Source of the DNA: Candidatus Tayloriibacteriota bacterium
Lineage (GTDB): Bacteria > Patescibacteriota > Minisyncoccia > Phycocordibacterales > PALSA-1337
Length of the DNA stretch: 64,000 bases
Assembly: GCA_943350765.1 (NCBI GenBank)
Contig: CALRAJ010000001.1
Coordinates: 191,066 to 255,065 of the forward strand
Reading direction: 5' to 3'
Made by a program: the position numbers and the translations under genes. The notes under the pieces are model-generated. The model was not told the origin of the DNA. It worked only from the letters and a program-made list of their open reading frames with translations, and made no database searches. This document shows positions 56,912 through 64,000 of this stretch, one piece after another (the stretch's first letter is position 1; each line of letters begins with the position of its first letter).

Positions 56912-57529
56912 CTACTGACCCTTCTTCCCTATTTCGTACACCACCTTACCCCAAGACTCTTTTATTTCTGGCGTAATATTTTTGATTGGACCGATTTTCA
57001 AAACCTTTACAGGCGCAATACCTCCAAAACCAAGTATCGCATTTTTCAGAATATTAGCAGTATTACCATACATGATACGCAAAATAAGTGGGTGTGTATC
57101 AGAGGTAATAAAAATCCGTCCCGTTCTACCTGTCAATCTTTTTATCCAGCTAACTTTCGATTTCAAACGCATCATAAGACCCATCTCTGGTGTCGGTTTA
57201 ATAAAATTATAGGCAAAACCAGGGAGCCATATGCGATCAAAAAGCCCTTTTAGTAAGGCTGGCATAGATGACCACCAAGTGGGGTAGAAAATCACAACAT
57301 GCTCTGCCCATTTTATATCCTCCTGCACTTTTATTAGGTCTGGCTCTAGCACTTGAATCTTGCGGTAGCCATCATGCATAATCGGGTCAAACTGTAGATC
57401 GGAGATATTCGTTCGTCGTACTTCATACCCCGCCTCTCTAGCACCTTTTTCATACTGATCAGCAAAATACGCATTCGAGGAATTGACCTTATCTGGATGA
57501 CCAAGTAACACAAATATCTTTTTTGACAT
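56912..57529 (-). CDS. Flavodoxin-like-fold NAD(P)H-dependent FMN/quinone oxidoreductase (Flavodoxin_2 / NQO1 / MdaB-like)
   Basis: N-terminus MSKKIFVLLGHPDKVNSSNAYFADQY and ...VIFYPTWWSSMPALLKGLFDRIW are typical of this family. Confidence 0.65.
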   Translation of the reverse strand: MSKKIFVLLGHPDKVNSSNAYFADQYEKGAREAGYEVRRTNISDLQFDPIMHDGYRKIQVLEPDLIKVQEDIKWAEHVVIFYPTWWSSMPALLKGLFDRIWLPGFAYNFIKPTPEMGLMMRLKSKVSWIKRLTGRTGRIFITSDTHPLILRIMYGNTANILKNAILGFGGIAPVKVLKIGPIKNITPEIKESWGKVVYEIGKKGQ

Positions 57530-57722
57530 ACAGTATTTTATAAGTTAATGATAGTGGTATTGTAACCCAAATATATACAGGTGTCGATCACAAACGATCG
57601 ACCAGCGAGTACTCGAGACGGAGGATTTTAAATCCCTCGGCCTGCTGGTCTGCTCCCTTTACAAAGGGAGAATAAATACAAGTCCATTCTTAAATCACGA
57701 ATCGTAAATCTTGCTTCTAATC

Positions 57723-57944
57723 TTACTTCCCCATCATTCCCTTCAGCTCACTTTGATGCTCTTTCATTACAGCCATCATCGCCGTATTCTGATCCATACC
57801 ACCTTTAGTTTTTTCTTGTACCTCGAGAGCTATTTTCTGAAAAAAGTCTGGGTTCTTTTCAATCATGTTGAAAATCTGCTCCTGTTGCTCCTTTGGAACA
57901 TCTTTCATTTTTGACTCAAGCATTTTACGCATTATAAAATTCAT
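57723..57944 (-). CDS. Small hypothetical protein (73 aa), methionine- and lysine-rich
   Basis: Met/Lys/Glu-rich ORF of unusual composition. No motif. Confidence 0.3.
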   Translation of the reverse strand: MNFIMRKMLESKMKDVPKEQQEQIFNMIEKNPDFFQKIALEVQEKTKGGMDQNTAMMAVMKEHQSELKGMMGK

Positions 57945-58020
57945 ACGATATAAAATAAATATCCAAAACTACGGAATACCGTCGCAGGTGTATCTTTTAA
58001 ATGGACTTCGGAGACGGGTA

Positions 58021-58150
58021 GTCGAGACTTGAGAGATTTCTTACCAAAGAAATACTCGTGGCCCGTCCACAGGTGTCTATCCCTAACTGATAGACCTTTA
58101 AAAGATACGCCTAGAAAGGTATTTCGTAGTTTTGGTAATCGAGTAGACTA
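58021..58150. repeat. MITE-like modular repeat, family 2, mosaic copy
   Basis: Shares CCGTCCACAGGTGTCTATCCCTAA with 14160-14190 and TTTAAAAGATACGCCTAGAAAGGTATTTCGTA with 6561-6600. Confidence 0.5.
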
Positions 58151-58237
58151 CTACTGTAACAAAATGTACCGTATCCACAACATTGACAATACAGTACTAG
58201 TTATTATATAATAGATATGCCTTTGTGTTGGGTAGTC

Positions 58238-58805
58238 GCTCTTTTTGCTTAGGTAAAAAGGGAGGAAAGTCCGAACACTTACTCGATGAAAATCGAGAAC
58301 AGGTAGTGGGTAATCCCCATCTGGAGCAATCCACGAGGTGCGAGCAGAGACGCCGTGATCCGAAAGGGTCTGGCATCCCGATGCAAATCAGGATGAGCTT
58401 GTCTGGCAACAGACGAGGTGAAACGGCTAAACCCTTACCCGAGTGCAAGACCGTGTCAGCGCATCTCACAGAGTCGCGATGCAGTCAAAAGTCCATAGTC
58501 TAGAGCCTGGATCTAAATTCTTAACTTACGACTTTGCGGACTAAGTGCTTACTTATGACTACACCGAAGTTCTGTGAGGTGCGTTGAAGAGTCGCTTGAG
58601 CGTTGTGGTAACACATCGCCTAGAATAATGCCTATCGCCAATTTTGTTCACCGAAGGTGATTACAAAATTGAGCGTCCCGCCGAAGCCTTGGCGAAGGTG
58701 GACCCGCCTTCGTATGCAAACAAACTACGACGAGATACTCAATTTTGCACTACCTCCGGTGGGCAAAATTGGTACAGAATTCGGCTTATAGACACAAAGC
58801 GTACG
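58238..58805 (+). ncRNA. rnpB: RNase P RNA (bacterial type A-like), unusually long
   Basis: P4 strands GGGAGGAAAGTCCGAACAC (58261-58279) and ACAGAATTCGGCTTATAG (58774-58791). Additional matches are CCCGAGTGCAAG (P11/12 region) and CCTAGAATAATG (like CCUAGAUGAAUG). It is followed by an intrinsic terminator. About 130 extra nt lie between the P15/P18 region and the 3' P4 strand. Confidence 0.75.
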
Positions 58806-58841
58806 AAACTACCCGCGTAATGGCGGGTAGTTTCTTTTTAT
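58806..58841 (+). terminator. Rho-independent terminator after rnpB
   Basis: AAACTACCCGC-GTAATG-GCGGGTAGTTT followed by CTTTTTA. Confidence 0.6.
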
Positions 58842-59069
58842 ATACGATATCGAACACCTAGGTACCCTGAACTACGAAAATCTATTTAAAATATACACCT
58901 TCAAAGTATTTAGTGATTTGGGGTCATAAACTTAAACGGCTAAACACTAGCGTTTAGCCGTTTAAAGCTAGTACTAGAGCCATATTTTAGCCTAAAGGCT
59001 CAACGGCGCGCCGTTGAGCCTTTAAGCTATTTTCTCCTCCACCACCCACCTCCCCATAGAATCTAAAAA

Positions 59070-59180
59070 ATTCCGTTGGAGGCATATCTTTTAAAGAGGG
59101 TTTCGAAGCTGTCGAGCTGAGAACTTCAGGATTTTTAAGCTTCAAAAAATCCGTACTCTTTTAAAGATATGCCGAGAAAG
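59070..59180. repeat. MITE-like modular repeat, family 2 copy
   Basis: Inverted repeat GGCATATCTTTTAAAGAG (59081-59098) / CTCTTTTAAAGATATGCC (59156-59173) around a loop of about 55 nt. The TTTAAAAGATA(C/T)GCC module is shared with 6461-6610. Confidence 0.5.
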
Positions 59181-59193
59181 GAATTTTTAGATT

Positions 59194-60456
59194 CTAATAA
59201 TTCCTCAACCTATTTACTCGCTCATGCTGTCGTATCTTTTCATGAGCTTTAGCCTCAATCTGACGGATACGCTCACGAGTGACACCAAACTCTTTACCTA
59301 CCTCCTCTAGAGTATGAGTAATACCGTCTACGAGTCCGTGTCGCATCTCTAGAATCTTGCGTTCTTTTGGTGATAAATCATCGAGTATTTCCTTTACCTG
59401 ATCAGTGAGTATTCGTCTAGAAGAGTCTTGGTCTGGAGAAAGGATTTTATCATCGGAAAGAAAATCTCCGAGAGTAGACTTGCCATCATCGCCATCATCG
59501 CCTACCGGCTGTTCGAGCGACACCGTATCCTGATCTATTTTTTCAATATTATATACTTTTTCAACTTCAAGACCCATTTCTACAGCAATCTCCTCGGCAA
59601 GAGGCTCTCGTCCCAAATCCTGTGAAAGTCTTCGTACAACCTGCTTATATTTTGCAATCGTCTCCACCATATGTACTGGCACTCGAATAGTACGGGACTG
59701 ATCAGCAAGGGCTCGGGTAATAGCTTGTCTGATCCACCATGTAGCGTAGGTAGAAAATTTGTAGCCTTTTGTCCAATCAAACTTATCCACTGCTTTAAAT
59801 AGACCGAGATTACCCTCTTGTATAAGGTCGAGTAGAGTGAGATCGGCACTTCGTCCGACATATTTTTTTGCTATTGAAACCACGAGACGCAAGTTTGCGC
59901 GAGCGAGCAAATTCTTTGCCTCTTCATCACCTCTCTCGATACGCTGGGCAAGCTCTTTTTCCTGTGTTCCTGGGATAAGTGGATACTGACCGATTTCCTT
60001 TAAATACATCTGGATAGAATCGTACGAGGAGTCACTTTTACCACCATATGTATACTTTTTTGAAACTACCTCTTCAGGCTCAACTTCCAAAAGTCCACCA
60101 CCCTCAAGCACATCTATTCCTGAAGTAGACAGCTTACTATACAAATCATCTAAAAACATTACATCTTGCTCTATATTTGGAAACTCCTTCAAAATCTCGT
60201 CGTATGTCACAAAGCCACGCTCCTTACCCTTTAAAAGTAGCTTTGTAGCCTTTAACTCCCATTCCTTTTTACTAGAACGCGCAGAATGACTAGGCTTTTT
60301 TATTTTTGCCTTTGCTTTTGTTTTAGCTTTTAACTTTTTTGGGCTAGACTTTTTATTTTGGCTTTTTTTTACAATTTTCTTTATATTTTTTTTCATTTTA
60401 TTTTTAGAGATTATGCGATTTTGCAGAATCATACCGTATATCAGACTTTGAAACAC
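59194..60456 (-). CDS. rpoD: RNA polymerase sigma factor RpoD (primary sigma-70)
   Basis: Region 2 ([40 protein letters not shown]), region 3, and region 4 ([23 protein letters not shown]). The N-terminus is lysine-rich. The start may be the internal MKKNIKK (60396). Confidence 0.85.
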   Translation of the reverse strand: MFQSLIYGMILQNRIISKNKMKKNIKKIVKKSQNKKSSPKKLKAKTKAKAKIKKPSHSARSSKKEWELKATKLLLKGKERGFVTYDEILKEFPNIEQDVMFLDDLYSKLSTSGIDVLEGGGLLEVEPEEVVSKKYTYGGKSDSSYDSIQMYLKEIGQYPLIPGTQEKELAQRIERGDEEAKNLLARANLRLVVSIAKKYVGRSADLTLLDLIQEGNLGLFKAVDKFDWTKGYKFSTYATWWIRQAITRALADQSRTIRVPVHMVETIAKYKQVVRRLSQDLGREPLAEEIAVEMGLEVEKVYNIEKIDQDTVSLEQPVGDDGDDGKSTLGDFLSDDKILSPDQDSSRRILTDQVKEILDDLSPKERKILEMRHGLVDGITHTLEEVGKEFGVTRERIRQIEAKAHEKIRQHERVNRLRNY

Positions 60457-60484
60457 GGCACCTGCCCAACAAAACTAGATACTG

Positions 60485-62221
60485 TTATTTCCTAGAAAGT
60501 TTTGCCAGTGTATTGCTCAATTCCTGACAACGCGCGAGAAGTACGGTAACCCTATCCACTTCCTTATTTTTTTCTGCTTCATCGAGTGCCTTCATTACTT
60601 GCGCAAACTCTCTTTTTAAATAATCTGTCTCTAAACTTTGGAGCATTTCCTCTATATCTTCTTTTATTTTTTCAGAATTACTATACATGACTTCTGATTC
60701 AAATGCGAGCTCTTGTTTTTTATCCTTACTGTCAGTGAGCACTTTATCCCAATTATCTTTTCCTAAAATATCTTCTAAACGCTTTTTCAGGACATGTACA
60801 TCTAATGTTGGCTTTTCATGAGACTCCTGCCAATAAATAATACTGAGTACCTTTCGCTCTATCGAATCTTTTCTGGAAAGTGGTGATGCTTCTACGATGG
60901 TATTTTTAGCTGTAGACCCTGCCTCAAGTTGCATGCTTTTTTCTAGGCGTTTTAGATCCTCCCAGATTGCGCTTTCATCTATCTTGGTCATATCGCGTAT
61001 TTTTGCAACAAAATGTGCCTTTTCCATACGACTTTGCAAGACAACAATATACGGCAATACTTCCTCAGAGATCGCTTTTGTTAATTTTCTATCGTCCAAG
61101 CCTCTTGCAAGTACTGTGTTCAGATGAAACTCTATTATCTGTTTGGCGTTCCGCAACATATTTTTCCAATCATCTACCGACTGTAAAACAATATCTGCAG
61201 GATCTTTACCTCCCTCTATTTGCACGATTTTAACATCCATTCCCAGAGAAAGTGCCACTTGTGCTGCTCGAGCTGAGGCGCGCACACCAGCGTTATCTGC
61301 ATCAAAAGCAATAATCATATTGGTCGATAATCGCCTAACAAGTCCGAGATTATTTACTACCGCATCTCTGGAAACAACCGAATCAGTGAGTGCAGTACCA
61401 GAGACTGCTACAGTATTTTTTATCCCTGCCTGATGAGACATAATGAGGTCCATTTGCCCTTCAACCAGTATTGAATAATCGCGTTTTCGTATTTCTAACT
61501 TAGCTTTATCTAAACCATAAAGTACATTTGATTTGTTAAATAAAACCGTATCAGGACTGTTTAGATACTTTGCTGACTTACCATCATCTACAAGTATTCT
61601 ACCTGAAAAAGCAATAACTCGGCCACTACTGTCGGAAATAGGGAACATGATCCTACCACGAAATCTATCGTAGTATCCCTTATCAGTTTTTTTAATCAAA
61701 CCAACTTTTTCCATTTCAGCAATCGAAAAGCCTTTTTTGAGTAAATGGTCATATATTGCCCTCCACCCATCAGGTACAAAACCCACTCTAAAATCGGCTA
61801 TCGTTTCATCCTTCAACCCCCTTTTTTTCAAGTATTCTTGAGCTTCTTTATTCCCCTTCAGGACATGCTCATAATATGCAGTAGCTTCTTCTATTGCAGA
61901 ATACAAACGATCTTGCTCACTACGAACCTTTACATTTTCCTTAACTAGTTCCACCCCAGCTCGCAACGCAAGAGTCTTGAGTGCTCCGATAAAATCGAGT
62001 CCTTCAAACTCCTGTACAAAAGTAAATATATCTCCTTTTGCTGCACAGCCAAAGCAGTAGTAGGAACCTCTTTCAGGAGAAACGAAAAAAGACGGTGTTT
62101 TTTCGTTATGAAAAGGACACTTTCCTTTCAGGTTGCCCCCAGCCCTTTCAAGCTTTATATACGATTCTACCACCTCGGTAATCGTCAATCGCTCCTTAAT
62201 TTTTTCGACTGAAGATGACAT
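60485..62221 (-). CDS. dnaG: DNA primase DnaG
   Basis: Zinc-ribbon CPFHNEKTPSFFVSPERGSYYCFGCAAKGD, the TOPRIM domain (…EGQMDLI…DADNAG…) and a C-terminal helicase-interaction region. It lies directly upstream of rpoD, as in the classical dnaG-rpoD operon. Confidence 0.85.
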   Translation of the reverse strand: MSSSVEKIKERLTITEVVESYIKLERAGGNLKGKCPFHNEKTPSFFVSPERGSYYCFGCAAKGDIFTFVQEFEGLDFIGALKTLALRAGVELVKENVKVRSEQDRLYSAIEEATAYYEHVLKGNKEAQEYLKKRGLKDETIADFRVGFVPDGWRAIYDHLLKKGFSIAEMEKVGLIKKTDKGYYDRFRGRIMFPISDSSGRVIAFSGRILVDDGKSAKYLNSPDTVLFNKSNVLYGLDKAKLEIRKRDYSILVEGQMDLIMSHQAGIKNTVAVSGTALTDSVVSRDAVVNNLGLVRRLSTNMIIAFDADNAGVRASARAAQVALSLGMDVKIVQIEGGKDPADIVLQSVDDWKNMLRNAKQIIEFHLNTVLARGLDDRKLTKAISEEVLPYIVVLQSRMEKAHFVAKIRDMTKIDESAIWEDLKRLEKSMQLEAGSTAKNTIVEASPLSRKDSIERKVLSIIYWQESHEKPTLDVHVLKKRLEDILGKDNWDKVLTDSKDKKQELAFESEVMYSNSEKIKEDIEEMLQSLETDYLKREFAQVMKALDEAEKNKEVDRVTVLLARCQELSNTLAKLSRK

Positions 62222-62290
62222 GTATTGTACGCTTGGTTACATACTAGGACACCATCATTAGCTATACGGACTTTTTATACCAATCTACAT

Positions 62291-64000
62291 TTACTCGTTT
62301 CGACTTGCCTCCATGTCAGAAATCATTTTCCACTTTGGACTACCCTTGAAACCACTACCTGCAGGAATAAGTCGTCCGATAATAACATTCTCCATAAGAC
62401 CTTCGAGTTCATCTTTATTTCCACGGATAGCACTGTTGATCAATATGCGAGTTGTATGCTGGAACGATGCAGCTGAAAGGAAGCTCTTTCGTGAGAGTGA
62501 TACTTCTGTAATACCCATTACAATAGCTTCGGCTTTTGCCTCTTCCGCACCATTTTTCTTTACAGCATCATTTTCAATAGTAAATTCATTTTTTGTAACA
62601 ATATCTCCTACAATAAATCCAGTATCCCCAGATTCTTTTATCTTTAATCTAGAGAACATTTGTCTAACAATAATTTCGATATGTTTTCTTGATACAGACT
62701 CGCCTTGAAGCTCATAAATCTTGCTCACTTCAGTGATCACATATTCTCGAGCCTTATCTTTACCAGCATATTTGAATACTTCATCAATATCTGCAGAACC
62801 ATCAGTAATAATATCTCCCTTCTTTACCTTATCACCCACCTTTACCAGTGGCATACGGCGATAGTTTATAGAATACTCTATAGCACTACCAGTCTTGCCA
62901 CGATCCTCTAACTCAGGCATCATAGTGATGATTTTTTCTTTACCTAATTCCTTGATGTCAGTGATCATACCATCGGCAATGTTTACAATTGCTGGATTCT
63001 TTGGCTTTCTTTTCTCAAAGATTTCTTCAACTCGAGGTAGACCAGCAGTAATATCTCCGCCCACTGATGCAGTACCTCCAGCGTGGAAAGTACGCATTGT
63101 AAGCTGTGTTCCAGGCTCACCGATAGCCTGCCCTGCGACAGTACCTACAGCTTCACCTAGATCCACTAGCTTGTTTTTACCAAGATCGAGACCATAACAC
63201 TGCGCACAAATACCATCGAGAGATTTACACGAAAGTGGTGAGCGCACTACAACATGGTTTACACCAGCTTCTTCAATCATCACCGCTTCTTCTTTGGTTA
63301 TAAGATGTCCCTTTGATAGCAAGACCTTACCCTTCAAATCAACACAATCCGCAGATAGAACTCTACCACGGATACTCTTTGAAATTGCAACCTCAATGCC
63401 AAGTGAGTTTTCTTTGGTTATTACCACCCCTTCTTTTGCACCACAATCATCTTCACTTACCATAATATCCTGTGCAACCACGAAAAGTTTTCTAGTAAGA
63501 TATCCGGCCTTTGCAGTATTTAGGGCTGTATCAGTCAAACCCTTTCTAGAACCGTGAGTAGTGATGAAATATTCGATAGGAGTAAGACCTTCCTTACTAC
63601 AAGAAAGAATAGGGAGTTCTATAGTCTCACCAGCGGTATTTTGAATCAAACCCTTCATACCAGCCATCTGAGTAATCTGTGAATATGAACCTCTGGCACC
63701 AGAGTTTACCATGTCATATACTGAACCAACTTTATCTAGCGAGGCAGGAATTAGTTTTTCAACATCATTTTTAGCTTTGTGCCAGATTTCAATATTTTTT
63801 CTAAGTCGTTCCTCCTCCGTAAGTAAACCTTCGTTATACTGATTTACCACTGCTTCAGAAAGCACTTTCGCCTTTGCAATTATTTCGTGTTTTCCTTCTG
63901 GGATAACAATGTCGTCCATACCCCATGTGATACCTGATCTAGTAACATACTTAAATCCGAATGCCTTGATACGGTCAATAATAGGTGGCACATTTTCAAT
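62291..64000 (-). CDS. rpoC: DNA-directed RNA polymerase subunit beta' (C-terminal portion; the 5' end lies beyond the window end)
   Basis: ...GLTDTALNTAKAGYLTRKLFVVAQDIMVSEDDCG... and downstream beta' C-terminal motifs. The ORF is open at the window edge. Confidence 0.8.
   Translation of the reverse strand: MENVPPIIDRIKAFGFKYVTRSGITWGMDDIVIPEGKHEIIAKAKVLSEAVVNQYNEGLLTEEERLRKNIEIWHKAKNDVEKLIPASLDKVGSVYDMVNSGARGSYSQITQMAGMKGLIQNTAGETIELPILSCSKEGLTPIEYFITTHGSRKGLTDTALNTAKAGYLTRKLFVVAQDIMVSEDDCGAKEGVVITKENSLGIEVAISKSIRGRVLSADCVDLKGKVLLSKGHLITKEEAVMIEEAGVNHVVVRSPLSCKSLDGICAQCYGLDLGKNKLVDLGEAVGTVAGQAIGEPGTQLTMRTFHAGGTASVGGDITAGLPRVEEIFEKRKPKNPAIVNIADGMITDIKELGKEKIITMMPELEDRGKTGSAIEYSINYRRMPLVKVGDKVKKGDIITDGSADIDEVFKYAGKDKAREYVITEVSKIYELQGESVSRKHIEIIVRQMFSRLKIKESGDTGFIVGDIVTKNEFTIENDAVKKNGAEEAKAEAIVMGITEVSLSRKSFLSAASFQHTTRILINSAIRGNKDELEGLMENVIIGRLIPAGSGFKGSPKWKMISDMEASRNE

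Noticed and set aside
57540-57720. Possible tRNA or small RNA (GACCAGC...GCTGGTC with internal GGAGGATTTTAAATCCCTC)
   Set aside because: It is a symmetrical nested hairpin rather than a cloverleaf, with no anticodon or T-arm geometry. It is more likely a regulatory or terminator hairpin near the promoter of the 56912-57529 oxidoreductase gene.
58700-58760. tmRNA tag-like reading frame GCAAACAAACTACGACGAG (ANKLRRD...)
   Set aside because: It lies inside the region bracketed by both P4 strands of RNase P RNA. There is no downstream ALAA-stop resume signal and no tRNA-like domain. It is treated as part of the rnpB insertion.

Overview
This is a low-GC chromosomal segment with an overall gene set that resembles a Candidate Phyla Radiation (Patescibacteria)-like bacterium; that placement is inference. 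Informational and central-metabolism genes are interleaved with accessory patches. Recognisable core genes, in order, are prfA (partial), rpmE, rplY, a 2-hydroxyacid dehydrogenase, fba, a PfkB kinase, gpmI, eno, thrS, gyrB, pheS, mnmA, mltG, leuS, ychF, rpoD, dnaG and rpoC (partial). There is an RNase P RNA and a T-box leader in front of thrS. No rRNA, tRNA or CRISPR array was found.

Three aminoacyl-tRNA synthetases are structurally atypical. PheS is fused to an FDX-ACB domain, like monomeric mitochondrial PheRS. ThrRS lacks the N-terminal TGS and editing region. LeuRS carries an insertion of roughly 150 aa with a nucleotidyltransferase-like motif.

The accessory content is as follows:
- An island at 10311-12808 with a small membrane HTH protein, a small ORF, a DpnI/DRP-like methyl-directed endonuclease and a Fic protein with a palindromic operator.
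- A divergent AAA ATPase (DUF4143-like) and a PrimPol-SF2 helicase fusion gene.
- A RelE/Phd toxin-antitoxin pair.
- A standalone Cas4-like PD-(D/E)XK nuclease.
- Three GC-richer, probably acquired patches: a PEGA lipoprotein region (32.5-33.7 kb), two tandem Tat-signal paralogs (51.5-52.5 kb) and a three-gene ParB-like nuclease cassette (55.2-56.8 kb).

The most unusual sequence-level observations are:
- Two roughly 93%-identical copies of an approximately 185-nt structured non-coding element, at 44241-44425 and 55016-55199.
- An orphan non-coding transcription unit of about 380 nt on the minus strand (19976-20354), bracketed by a sigma70-like promoter and an intrinsic terminator.
- An RNase P RNA that appears expanded by about 130 nt.
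- Several families of dispersed, modular palindromic intergenic repeats (REP- or MITE-like), including units built around GTACTGAGCTCAGTAC, GGCTCAAC..GTTGAGCC hairpins and long hairpins with a conserved TTTCTACTGAAA core.

All functional calls rest on motif recognition by eye. No database searches were run.
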